From: Perkinsus chesapeaki ATCC PRA-425
Taxonomy: Eukaryota > Protista > Perkinsozoa
Direction: 5' to 3'
NCBI GenBank assembly: GCA_013115145.1
Contig: JAAPAO010000005.1
Coordinates: 124,001 to 188,000 of the forward strand
Length of the DNA: 64,000 nucleotides
In this document: positions 37,301 to 53,667 of the stretch, one piece after another
Position numbering within the stretch: position 1 is the first letter of the stretch
Layout: every line of letters begins with the position of its first letter
The notes under the pieces: generated by a model
The model's database searches: none
What the model was told of the DNA's origin: nothing
What the model saw: only the letters and a program-made list of their open reading frames with translations
Made by a program: the position numbers and the translations under genes

Positions 37301-38965
37301 TATATTAATAATTAATAATAATAGTTTTTAGTAATAGATACTAATGGACTTAGCACATACTGATACTATTAATAATCTAATGTATATGTTAGGGGATGGT
37401 TATATAACTAATGGTACATCTATTAATAGTGATTGTGTGTATCTATTATCACAATTGATATCATTAAGGGTAGTAAAGAGTAGAAGTATATTAGTATTCT
37501 TATTCACTTAGCCATGTAATATAGCATTCTTCTTTCAATTGTCGCATTTAATAGTATTCCATAAGATATTAACAGATCCTAAGATATATATTAATCGAAA
37601 ACAGCATCATTATGTTATAAGTAATAATAATAGTAGTAGTACGAGTGGTATATATCTTATATAGAGTTTTGTTCCTTTGTATCAAGGAGGTTCTTACAGA
37701 CTGCTATGAAGAATAGTTGTGTATATGTGGAGGCCATATTCCCTAAATTAAGAGGAGGAAGGTTGGTATTATAATAAGGGGATATAATGATGATGATGAT
37801 GATGGTGGTGTTGTTGTTAGGGGAGGGCAACTTATGTCTATGGAAGCTGAGTTTAATGGTATATTAACAGACTATAATGATGATGATAGTAAGGATATAC
37901 TACAACGTATGCATGAAGGGGAAGCGTAATACTAATAGGATAGGGAAAAGGGATAATAGTAATAGTAGATACGAGGCAATGAAGGCAGCAGCTAGTGGCA
38001 AGATATTGGAGGAAATATCATCTGGCCCACCATGGAGTGAAGATGAAGATGATTTGTTGAGAAGACTATGGGATGATTATAAACATGCACCTGATAGATA
38101 TGGTATAATAGCAATTAATCTACCTATACATGAGTAAGGGGGTAGTAGGTGGTAATGGTGATGAGTGGTAATTAGTGATGGTTATGAGAGATCTGCTACT
38201 GATGTTAAGAGAAGGCTAGCTGAGATTGGTATAGCAACTAGACAGGATAATAATAATGATGAGGATGATGAGGGTAATAATGCTTATTAGTAATGACGTT
38301 ATTATGGTGGAATAGCTCATGAGAACTTACCAGAGGCGGCGAGTGATAGTAGAAGTGATGAGGAAGATAATGCATCATCCCCGCCCTCTCCTGATGATGA
38401 TGATGAGGAGGATGGTTTTGATATTGATAGGATAAGAAGGCAAATGCATGATGGTGAAAGGGGCGCTACTGAAGGGGGAGGGATGGAGGGTACTAGAGAA
38501 TACAGTGATGAGGAGGATGAGGAGGAGGATGGTATAGGGTTTAGTGAGGATGAGGAGGAAAGTGGGAATGAAGAGAATGTACCATCGGAGGCTAATAGGC
38601 CGCCACAAACTGATAAAGTTGAGGAGAATGATGCTGATGTTGATGTTGAGATGCAAGATGTTAGTGATAGCTCAGATCATCTTAGATCATCCCATTCAGA
38701 TGATAAAGTAGTAGTAGGTTTGGGAGGTAATAAGGTGGTGCTAAAACGGTGTTATATATAGGATGTTGTTGTTGTTATAGATAATATGCCTGAATTTGAT
38801 GATTTACGACTAGGCCTTAAGAAGCTGTTGGATGAGATTAATAATGATGATGATAAGGATTATAATAATAGTATATCATCATACTTTAATAAGGTCGAAT
38901 TGGATATACTTGGACCTGAAGGCCTCGCTATGTTAGAGAATGCTGTACATAATAATACTTGTTAA
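34341..38965 (+). CDS. TIMELESS: Timeless/Tof1/Swi1 replication-fork protection protein, many exons
   Basis: EPVYVAPHDAFECIRDLLRAFRDD; LVPMLISH...ILKLLVILTMP; YLQNYKTA; RNLLEIPD; C-terminal WSEDEDDLLRRLWDDYK Myb-like repeat; acidic tail. Confidence 0.8.
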
Positions 38966-39123
38966 TAATAATAATTACACAACTACTCCAATCATACTCC
39001 TTCCTATCATGCATAATCACGTTTCCCTATTAAACCCCCTATTATGTGTTGAAAGAGCGGTATGGCTGACGGCTGACATTGTTGTAAGGTGTATAGTTTG
39101 TCTTTGTTGCTGTTGTTTTTGTT

Positions 39124-41025
<1,902 letters not shown>

Positions 41026-42707
41026 TCGTCCATTTACCTTTCTATCCTTAATTCTCGTTTCTGCTATCCTATAGTATAAGGTACTTCCCATGCTATAGTA
41101 TGCTGTATACTTTATTGTTATATCAACAACAACAACAATAATACTTTTGTTTCTCTATCCTTCACGTAGTTATTCGGTAATGGCCATTACTAAGACTGGC
41201 CAATTCAATAATAAAGTATATGAATTCATTATCGTATACTTATAAGGCCTATGGCTAACAACTGTTATATCCCCTCCCTCCCTCCTGCTGTACACGTTAC
41301 CAGTATTGGCATGTATTGTGCCTGTTGTGCTCCTCTTTTCTACTGTCCTCCGAATACTCAAGTATTGTGTTGTTACAACAGTCCTTCATCAATGTAGTAA
41401 ACTTGGGATATCTCGATTCGGTGACAAATGGTTACTATTCATGGATGAATTTAAAGTTGAGAGCATAATATAATAGTAATTAGCGACGGTTTCTTCTAAT
41501 CTGGTTCGATGTGACAAAGATTAGTCGCACGAGCGAGCGGTGGGCGGCCGTTGGCAGCCTCATGTTTGTTGGGGGGCCGAATTTAATCGCTGGTTCTAGC
41601 GAGCCCGCAACGTAAGAACATGTAAGGATGTAGATATCACTATGTACAGGAAGCCATTTAACACACCTGTCGTGGCTTACAGCTTCACACTGTAAAAGCG
41701 GCGGCCCGCAAGTGTATTGCGGAACTATTGGGATGTTACTAATATAACTTGTGATGCTTCAGATGGTGATGCATGACTAGGATTTTATCATCAAATAGTC
41801 CACCCATTTAGGGGGTCAGGGCAAGGATGATACCGTATATTCTCATCATTAGCATTATCAATGTATGATTCAGACATATAATGTAGCATCCACATAACAA
41901 GTATTCAGATGCATGTCTAAGTATAATTATTATTATCATCATAATCATCATTATAACATTAAACAATTAAGATATCTAAGCTACGGATTGATCGATTATC
42001 AACACCACATATGTGCATGCGTGCAAAACTGCCGACGGCGGAGCGAAGTGCTTACACGTTTTGACATTTTCGAAGTCAGAATTCGCGTCGATCAACGCAA
42101 GATGGTGATGTTAGGGAGAATGGTAGCTGTGTTTATGAACTGTTGCCCAACTTACCACTCTTCCACCAGATATCTGGGGCCTAACATAAGAAATTTGACC
42201 CAGTAGATGTCGTAGGATGGAATTGATGATAAATGATATTCACAAGAGGGCTTCCTATATCAGGTTAGGATTCAGGACGCCTCCACGTTAGGGGTTATAA
42301 AAGGAACTATTATTCTCTGTGTAATTGCTGACGGTAGGATTCCTAATAACTTTTATTTAGGACATCTATGAGTGTAGGATACTGACCTCAGGTAAGCCTT
42401 ATGAAACAGCTTCAGTTAACGACTTTATGAGCATATTATACGGGAAGGCATTCTAAGGACGCCTGTGGTTGGTCCAAACGATAATATCAAACCAGCAATA
42501 GCGTGATTACGCCTTACTGGTGATGACTGAACGCATGTCATTACAGGGGGCCATCATTAACAACGTTGTGAACGGGAAAACTACAATATAACAATCATCC
42601 TCATTGATGTCGCAGTGATCAGGCAGCATACCATGTCTAGGGTTCATCTAACAGATCGGACTTGGTATAGTTGTACACTTGTCAGTTTTTCCGTGGTATT
42701 TATTTAA

Positions 42708-44138
<1,431 letters not shown>

Positions 44139-44224
44139 ATCATGTCCATAATAGTTATAGTATCATGAGTCGACGAAGACATGAATAGACGTGTGTAGAG
44201 TAGCTGCTGCTGATTACCTTACCT

Positions 44225-44511
44225 CATCATCGTATGATTGCTTTTTACATAAGTTGTTTCTAGGATTCACTGCAGCAGTAAGGCTCAGAATTTTGTCCAA
44301 TACTAGTATCATTTGTCGAGTTGATAGTCACTATGGGTTGGACTCCCCTTACCAATGGAAGTGCCCAATATCTGTCCTGTGATGGAGAGTTGTACAATAT
44401 AATAGCACTAAGAGAAATTGAACAAGCAGCCAACAGAAGCAAGTTAAGTGCAGCAGGGTGATATAAGGTATTATACCCTAGGGGGGATATAACCAATGAA
44501 GAGGTATCCAA
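44225..44511 (-). CDS. Hypothetical membrane protein, partial
   Basis: Hydrophobic exon PAALNLLLLAACSISLSAIILYN followed by a GT donor; ends not resolved. Confidence 0.3.
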
Positions 44512-45023
44512 CTACACGTAACCAACTACATAACTTGTATAATACAAGTGTGATGACAGGTGATTACCTCACCTGATTACCCTGTATGGGTGTGTAGTAG
44601 CTCCACACTAATGCTTGTTAGCTTGGCTTAGGTATAAGCCAGTATCGAGTATGAAATAGTATGCACTCATAAATGCTTTACTTTATTCTGCCCCACATTA
44701 CCGTAGTATTATCGTTTGTTAATGGCCAGGTGTGGATGGCCGATGATTAACTATACCGACCGAACCACCAGAGTGTGGATATCTTGGGTTAATGCAAGAA
44801 CCGGCTATGTTGTAATATAATGACGGAAATCCTTTCGATAAATAGATCGCTCCCCCACATGAAGCGGTGTTCTTGGTGAAGAGTAAACCTTTATGGATGT
44901 TAACAGAGTTATATCGTCCTGTACGTAATGACTATTAACACAAAGCTGTGAATGCCAAGTGTCAACGTTTGTGGTAGTACTAGTGGACGACTGAAACCAA
45001 AGATGAAGATGATCAACAACATC

Positions 45024-45507
45024 TCAGATGAGGATCTGTTCAATGGAATCCTTCAAGTCCTGAATCTGAGTCATGAGCTGAGATCCCTCTTTACTGGTAA
45101 TACTGCAAGCGACGACTGGGCGAGATACGCCACAAGCACGTCCGAGAGCAGTCTTAGATTTGACGAACACGTAACTAATAAAATAACAACTATGCATTAA
45201 CCTCCTCAACTGACCTTGAACTTACGGAACGTTCTTATCCTCACAGACAAGAGGGAGATGAAGAATGATCTCCAAAGGCTCAGTATCAGCAGCCAGGACA
45301 ATAACCTCGGCGGTACCACGATTAAGGGTCTTAGTAGCTTCATTAGCACCCTTACGGAGCTGCTTATAGTTGCACGACTAACAAGAATAAAATATACTAC
45401 TATTAGAGTATTATAATCATTACCTGCTGGACAAGATCCATAATAGTGGCAGTTAGGTCCGCAGAGGCGAGAGGATAAGCTTTGGGGTTAACTTCAGCGT
45501 CAGACAT
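45024..45507 (-). CDS. SNU13: Snu13/15.5K kink-turn binding protein, 3 exons
   Basis: [25 protein letters not shown] | [21 protein letters not shown]...[19 protein letters not shown] | [26 protein letters not shown]. Confidence 0.96.
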
Positions 45508-45871
45508 TATTAGTAAACAGGAACAAGGCCCTTCACTTGCCGATCACGAGGGCAACAATTATAGGACTATTACCAATTATTGCCATCTAATAACTTAACC
45601 CCCCCAAACATCACCACCCAAGTGAATATAAACGATGATGAACTAAAGTCATATATTATCCCGGAACCGATAGATGGTGGTGCTTAATGTCACAGGAGCG
45701 ATGACGGTAACCGATGGCGACAGTCCAACATCATTATAATCAACAATATCAATAACAGTGGGCCATTTGCCATAATAGTATATTAGCAATAGTGGCTTTA
45801 TGTCTTCTATGATGAGGTTAATGATAATGAGGCTTCTTGTTATCCTGTTATCAGCAGAATACAGCTTTCGC

Positions 45872-46411
45872 TTAAGCGTTCACGACCTCGGTCTGGAGAC
45901 CCTCGAAGCTTTGGACGGGAAGATACTGTACAAGTGTGTACATCTCCTCACCCTCCTCAGCCTGACGGCGTGAAAGACGGACGCGGACTCTACGAGGGAT
46001 GTTACGGATACCCTTAGACCAGATGTACCTATGATAACATAATAATAATAGTCTTATGATTATATTATTACTTGTTGAGCTTGGTATCGATACGAACATC
46101 CTTGGTCTTCATCTGCTTCTCGGCGAATGCCTTGATAGCACGAACGACCTTAGGAGCGCGCTTCTTGAAGGTCTGCTTGTGAACGATCTTATGGACGTGG
46201 ATCGTATGATCAACAGTCAGAGGCTGCATGATCTTGTTGCCAGAGTCTCCTAATAATAAAACCAATATCATCATAACATCACGTCACTGATCGATAAAAT
46301 ACTCGAATAAACGACTATACGGCAAATACTCATACAAGTGAGGTGTACCCCATAATGTAGAGTAACCCATATAAGGTAATACCAACCGATTCCCTTACTA
46401 CCCTTCGCCAT
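45872..46411 (-). CDS. RPL31: 60S ribosomal protein L31, 3 exons
   Basis: TIHVHKIVHKQTFKKRAPKVVRAIKAFAEKQMKTKDVRIDTKLNK | YIWSKGIRNIPRRVRVRLSRR...GLQTEVVNA*. Confidence 0.96.
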
Positions 46412-46583
46412 CTTAAGGTCACGGTTCAAACGAGGTAAAACAGAGACCAGCTACAGCCTGGATCGATCATATGGGCGAGCGAGATCTTCTGCGCTACCTC
46501 ATCGGCCCCTGCCTCGTCGATCTCCTCGTTATCCACTATATTAAGACATATGTCAACTGACTATGATACATTCAAGGAATAAT

Positions 46584-47186
46584 ATGGATAATAGAAGTCT
46601 ATACTCATTGAATGGGGTCATTGAATCATTTAAGCATATCAATAACAACTCCCCTAGCATCATAATACATGTAATTTATAACATTAAAATTCGGACAGTA
46701 ATCACCAGGTACCGGAAAGGATGACTGAGCTTGCCAGGAGCGATGCTAATAGAGAATGGAACTTACCTAATATAGCAGACAAACATAACCCTATTACACT
46801 AGCTACATCTAAGTAGCACTTGCATTATATATACATTTAAAGCACTATTATAGTTTAAAGGGTATTCGACAACCCGAGTACAAGGGACCACACGTTATGT
46901 TAACCCAGTTTAGGAACAACTATATAGCAAAGAACCATACCAAGCCAAGGGTAACGATGTTTAATGGAATTATATTATTACTGAGCAGCTACCATTGGGC
47001 TTACCTATCAGTAGACAGCATAATAGGCAGAGTCGACATAAGGTTACCACAGGTGAATTATGTATAGCAAAAGCCCTAAGAATGGTTGATGTATTTGATC
47101 CTTTAAAGGTGAGTTATTAATAATATCTCAACTGCTGTACTCCATGTTATTAGGATACCCTCTTTGCTTGGGATAACATGACTTAA
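46584..47186 (+). CDS. Hypothetical protein, short exons
   Basis: Exons joinable through GT-AG introns (MDNRSLYSLNGVIESFKH..., VPERMTELARSDANREWNLP..., GIRQPEYKGPHVMLTQFRNNY...). Confidence 0.4.
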
Positions 47187-47238
47187 TATTATTATTGTTG
47201 TGTTGTTAAGTCTTGTCACTATGGTTTGAGTGTCATTA

Positions 47239-48914
47239 ATGCTACTGACCACGACATGTCTATCTGCATCCTATCGATTATTATCATCAATTAGCAGCAG
47301 CAGCAACTCATGCTTCAGTATAAACCGTACGATGGCTACAGGTAGAGCTCATCCAGCTCTAGCACACGCTGTTGTTTTGTTGTCTCAGCTACTGGATTTA
47401 TCGGTCGACATCATAATCCCTTTACACGTAAACCATTGGTTGCCTTAACTACTACTTCATTACCTTTATCAAGTCGTGTAAGGGTTCGTGTCCTGTGGGA
47501 TACTGGTAGTTTAGATCTACGAAAGTTAAATAATGAGATGAAGGTTGGTTAATACTACTATAATTGTTTCTTATACTATAACAGGAGCGTGGTGCTGAGA
47601 CATGTATATCAAGTCAAGGTGGATGGCTATATGCTAATTTAGCATCATCATCATCTGCCTTTCATACCGATCATCATCCTAGTATGTCATTATTAGCATC
47701 TGTAATTATTTAACCTTTTTAGGAACTGCTGTATTCTTCCGTGATAATGCGTTAGTAACATGGTGTACATCTATAGAGGAGGATGATGGTCTTGCTGCTA
47801 TTGCTGAGGGGTTTAGGTAGTAGTCAGTAACGGTAGTCGGTGTATCCTCCTCTCTTCTACTAGACTTACTGACCCAGTTGATGAGAATGATGATCTATCA
47901 TATCTGTATAATGATGGCAAGGAAGGAGGTTCATTACCATCATCAGCTAGATGTACTACTGTATTATAGGTATATGACGTATAATAATAATGTAGGTGTA
48001 AGTGAAGAAGTTATGGCAGTAGAACAAATAGATAGAACAGCATTGACAATACAACATAGGAAAACGGGGAATAAAAAGGCCAATGCAATAGCATCGACAC
48101 GTAGACACTTACCTCCTAAGATTGATAGCAAAGTTGTTGATGGTGTAGGATGATGATGGGGGGGGGGTGTATATGTAGTAATGGGTTAGGTATTGTTAAT
48201 CACTTCACAAGATATTCAACGATCTAGCGAGTTACTTGTAGCATCACTTGCATTAGCGTCCGCTAGCAGACTTAATTTGGTAGAGGCCAAGATCGAACGT
48301 TTTTTAAAAGTAATGAAGGGGCAGTAGTAGTAGGAGGAGGAAGTGTACCAATGATAGGTTAAGCATACGGAGATGAATTCATTAGCAGCTAACCTTAGAA
48401 GTTGGCATCTTAATTCAGTATCTGATGAGATATTTAAATCAGAGAGGACTATGCATACTTTACGGTATATATACTAGTGCGCTTGTTGTTGTTGTTATTT
48501 AAATCTAAGGTATCAACTAAATCTAGGTGAGGCTGATCTACTAGATGTACCTGAAATATTATGGGAATTTGATGGGTATGTTATTGTTATTATTAGTATT
48601 GATGGTAATGGACTTTATCAGGTCAGAGAGGTTATTTGAGCAAGTTGTTAATAACTTTGACCTTAAACGACGTATTGGATTATTGAATCTACGCTTATCA
48701 TATCATTCAGACTTTATGGCTGCATTTGGTGAGCATGTTAGGCATAGGTGAGTAGTAATATACTATATTATTAATAATGATACTGTTATTCAGGCATTCT
48801 AATAGGCTGGAAAAGATAATAATAATATTAATAGCATTTGAGACTGGTTTAGCGCTATATCATGGGCCACCAGAAGGCCTCTTACAGTGGTATCAACAAC
48901 AACAACAACATTAG
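47239..48914 (+). CDS. RMND1: RMD1/RMND1 (DUF155) family protein
   Basis: GTAVFFRDNALVTW; LALASASRLNLVEAKIE; LLDVPEILWEFD; FDLKRRIGLLNLRL; HSNRLEKIIIILIAFE; presequence-like N-terminus. Confidence 0.8.
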
Positions 48915-49831
48915 AAGCATTAACAAGGGTCGTCTATTATATAATATCACCATTCACCTCACATTACTTATCACTTCATGCTGTTCCTTTTCTTATTTTA
49001 TCGTTTTTGTATTAAGTTTGGTTATAACGTCACCACCGTTGGATGTTATTAGGCAGAAAACTATCCATTGCTTATTTGGAGGCAGAGTCATACATCTCAA
49101 TTCCGACATCACCACCATCATGGAAGGATTATTATACAGCATCAAGTATTTGTTACTGAATGACTTAGGTACTCGAATAACCGCACCACTGTTTCAAAGT
49201 GAAGTATTCTTCCTGAACCCAACACACTTATGATGTTTCCCGCAGCAGTAGGGCTGTATCGAGCTGCTTTTAGAGTAACGTTTTTGAATCGTCCGAGATA
49301 GGCTATCTCAAGTCTAGTGGTAAGGGAATGATAAGCACGATACGACAGTTGAAGTCACGACAGAGAGGTGACCCCACCATTCCCGCCAACTTAGACCCTC
49401 CCTCATTCCAAAAACGATTGTTTACGACATTGTATTAAGATGGGTTGCTAGATAGACCTCTGATGGAAATCAGAGTACTCCGGGGTTAGTGTACATTGTA
49501 CACTGTACAATCGCGGCAAATGGAATGCTGTCTGGATTACCGAGTCGGTAGTTGGACTGCTGGACGTTTTCAAGAACCCGAACATGTCTACCGAACACGA
49601 TTCAGAATCCATGTTGACTCCCAGTGCTTTCCTGTATCATCATCATTACCTCTACTGGTAGTCAACTTCATGTTGTTTATCCAACAGCTCGAAATGGCCC
49701 ACGGGTCACGGAGTTGAAACGATTTGGGCGAGCGAGATTAATATTGCGCCTTCCGTGTAGAAGTGAGGAGACGTTAATAGTAGTATTGATGATGCGTAAA
49801 TGTTGTTGTTAGGTTTGTTGTTGTTGTTTTA

Positions 49832-50496
49832 ATGACTAATTGCAGTACACCTAGAAGCTGTTGTTCTTCGCCTTCCTCTCCGCCTAATGAGGTTATAGCA
49901 TCACCAATAGTTAGGGTTAAGAGAACACACTCTACTGCTATAACACCTAATACTATTGATAGACATAGAGAGGCTAATAGAAAGATTAATAAGAAGGTCA
50001 TACATCACAATAATAGTAATGCATCGCCATCATCACCAATACAAAAATATTACACTGAATCATACAGTAATAAGGTAAGTTGCACCACTGTGATGGTTAT
50101 AACATGATAATGGTGTTATAGGAGAATGATGATAGTTCACCAGCTAGTACAGTATCATCACCAAGGCCTGCTGCACCATTAACAGGACAGGGCGATGATA
50201 TAGGACAAAATGATTATAATTGTCCAGTATGTTGTGAGGTATTGGTTCGGCCAGTTGATGTATGTGACTGTGGTCATCATGTATGCCGTAAACATGTTAT
50301 TGATATGATAACACATAGTCAAGGTAATGGGTTTAAATGCCCATTATGTCGTAAAGAGGTTATTATTGATAACTATAATGATATTACTGTTGATGAGGAG
50401 CTTAAAGCCATTATTAAGGCTGAAGGATTATATGATGATTCTAGAAGATCATCATGGAGATCTAGTAGGAGTGGTACACCACTACAGGAAAGGTAA
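49832..50496 (+). CDS. RING finger protein (C3HC4 variant), boundaries uncertain
   Basis: CPVCCEVLVRPVDVCDCGHHVCRKHVIDMI...FKCPLCR. Confidence 0.75.
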
Positions 50497-50679
50497 GGTT
50501 AAAGCAGTATAGTTTATGTAATAAAGAATGAATCAGGTTTAATAGAGAGTTCTTTGAGGATGAAACTTTTTAGTTTCTCATGGAATCTGTCTATCTGTTA
50601 TAATTTATATACCGTGGTAACTCCATGCATGGTATATAATTGCATTATTAATAATAGTGTTGCGTAAAACAAAGGAGTG

Positions 50680-51517
50680 GAGGGGTGGGAGAAGATACCG
50701 AAGTAGGGTTAGTCTTAAATGAATTATTGGAGATTTATCCGACAGTCTAATGATGATAATAAACCTTATAGTAAGTAGTAGCGGTCTGATAGCTAGTGGT
50801 GACATGGTGTAAGGTACTAAAAGAAAACTAGGGTTATTAGGGAGTATAGACACATCTCGATCAACATTATATAATATAGATGAGGCAGGATATTGGCAGG
50901 CATTCTCAGACTATAGGGCTAAGTAGGCAGAGTTGGGGCTGATGGAGGGGGAAAGAAGAAGCTGGGTTTGACTAGGCGAAAGGAGTTCTTACGACGGCCA
51001 TCGAAGGCAGCATCATTGAAGGGTAGTTCACCATTGGTTATAGCACAGAGATATCCTAATGCATTCAACTTCCCGTATAGTCTAAAGGTACGTAGAGTGT
51101 ATATAGTAGGGGATAATTATAGGACATAGTAGGAATATGAGATGGAAGGGGAATACATGAAACATAGAATGAAGTTGAGAGATATTAGTGATGAAGAAAA
51201 GAGGAAAAGGGAGGTAAGGTAGTAGTGGGTAATGATAGAGTAAGGGTTATTAGGCATTGTTGGAAGCAGAGGCGAGGTTAGAGGATGAACAATTAGCTGA
51301 GATAGAAGGTGGATTTAATGTAGTACTTAAGAAGTGGATAGGGAGGGTTATAATGTGTTATTATTAGACTAGTAGAAGTGGTGGGGGTGGAGGGGCTAAG
51401 ATTAGAGTTATGGCTAAGATAGGAGTAATGCGTAGATTAAGTGCATTAACACCGCAATCAAAAACAATCGAGGAAGGGTTAGAGTTAATAATGCAAAAGA
51501 AAGGAAGAAGAGAGTAA
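50680..51517 (+). CDS. Hypothetical basic/coiled-coil exons (may continue the RING gene)
   Basis: GT-AG-bounded exons such as EYEMEGEYMKHRMKLRDISDEEKRKRE | ALLEAEARLEDEQLAEIEGG. Confidence 0.4.
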
Positions 51518-51699
51518 TAACGGTGGGCGGGAACTATGTCGTTTACACAGTAATTGTTGAGCAGTATTCACGGAGTTGTTATGTCTCAACAACTATTATA
51601 AGCATTTAAGCTGTTATAAGCTGAGTTTTTATGCTTAACGCTTTTACGTCTATCTTCTATTACACAATACTAGACAATGCTCCTACGCTTTTAGTTTTT

Positions 51700-53300
51700 A
51701 TCTGGATCCTATTGGACTAACTAAGGCCACCTCATCCTCTGCATCATCCACACTACACCGACAATTAAGATTCTTACATGAATCTGATCCTACTCTGATT
51801 ACCTTTATAAAGGATGTGTAATATGACTCCTTGCTATTACCATTCCCCATATCACTCGTGTAGATATGGTAATATACGTAAAGTGTGTACAAGTTCAGTG
51901 TTTGTGACAATGCCGGAGCAATCATTTATAAGGTAGTAGTAGTGGGTATGGTGTGTATAGCCTCCTGAGGTTGGTGGTGGTGTATTAGATATCAAGGAGC
52001 TTATATAAAACATCTTATTGGTTTTATACCAGATCCACCTCTAATACGTGAACCACGCTTTACTGATGGTTTAAGGTTATATACATCTAAGGCTTATCGT
52101 CATCTAGTCACGTATAGGTTCCTAGTAACTGATATATCAGAGTTAGATCTAGATGCTGAAATGGATACCTTCATTATAGCAATTGAGAATGCATTGTAAT
52201 AGTAACGGCTTTATGTACCAGTCATCGATCGGGCAATGGCAGGCGAACACATATAAATAGGATACTGGCTGAGGATGCGACAGAGGATGAGAAATTTAAT
52301 ATTGAGATAGATATTAAGGTGAATAGTGACAATGATACATCTGGTGATTGTTACTATTGCTCTAGCTTGGGATGTCCGGTCTCATAAACCTTATACGGAC
52401 AGTAACACCTATACAGATCTCAATGTATCTACAAGAGAGCCAATTAGAAGTAGGATTAGACCAGGGTAGTGTGTTAGGGTTGTGGTAGGAGTTATCTGAT
52501 GGAGAGGCATCACAGTGGGATGGAAGCAGCGCCGAGGAGGTTGGGCAGCCATCAGGCTCTTCTGAGGTATTATGCTCTGTACCATTGTATATATATACTC
52601 GGTTATAGCAGATGATAGTGCAGGATAGTAATAGACATGAAGTATCTAATGGCAATCCTTCACAGACATCATTATTGGCTAAGCAGAGGTTGGGAGATAG
52701 TGGAGCCAAGTAGTAGAGGAGGGGTCTGCTGTACTACTATACTGGGTGGTTAGGGTGGATATTAAGGGTGGACATGCTGCTGTAGAAGATGAGTTAAGGG
52801 AACAATTAACAGCAGCATTAGAGGAACAAGAGAGATTACAATCTTTGGTTATAAAGCTTACACAGTATTATTCTATCATGACTATTACCCTACTATACAA
52901 CAGCACTTGCTTTTAGGGAGCTAGAACAGTCAAGAAGACAAGAAGACAAGGCTATAGTCTTATCACCTACAGTAGAGATAGTCTATCAACTGCCTAATAA
53001 CCAGTATGATAATGTATCTGAAGTTAACTCTACAGGGAGTGAGTGATGATGCTATACTAATATAGTGTTATGGTTACCTCGGTATTAGGTTATACATCAT
53101 CATTAAATGATAATAATAATAATAATAAGCTTATAGACTTAAGCCATGAGAGGGTTATGGCTAGAGTGGTTGTTGATAGTCTTGTATCATCAATAGTTAT
53201 ATCTGTAGAAGATAACACTACAACAGCAGCATCAGCAGATGTTATAGCACAGGATATTATTGCAAATACAATAAGGAAGAGTATTAAATTAACATGTTAA
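51700..53300 (+). CDS. Hypothetical protein, multi-exon
   Basis: Plus-strand exons YQGAYIKHLIGFIPDPPLI, FLVTDISELDLDAEMDTFIIAIENAL, EDELREQLTAALEEQERLQSL; start not resolved. Confidence 0.45.
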
Positions 53301-53667
53301 TGAACTATGAAGGTGCACTATCTAATAGTCCTATTGTCATTAGTTTGTTTATTTCAGTCCAGTAGCATCACTGTTGGTAGTAGGTAGCCTTACACCATAC
53401 AATACAGCATACAACCACCTTTGTAATGCGGCCGCCGGCTGGTAGATATCATTCAGGACAGTCGCCTATTGCCTTTTGGCTACTCTACTTCTTTTTACCA
53501 CACCTATTGCAGGTGTAGACTTAACCATACTATAGTTGCCGATGTCATGCTTGACTACCATGCTATTCCGAATGCCTTATGATTGTTATTAATAATTGTA
53601 ATTGTGTTTGAGAAGAAAGGGTATTGTATAACACCTTATTATAGTTGTATATAGTAGTGACTATTAA

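Noticed and set aside
41500-42700. Structured ncRNA or C/D snoRNAs in the GC-richer intergenic stretch
   Set aside because: Only isolated TGATGA-like boxes; no convincing terminal stem or recognisable RNA family.
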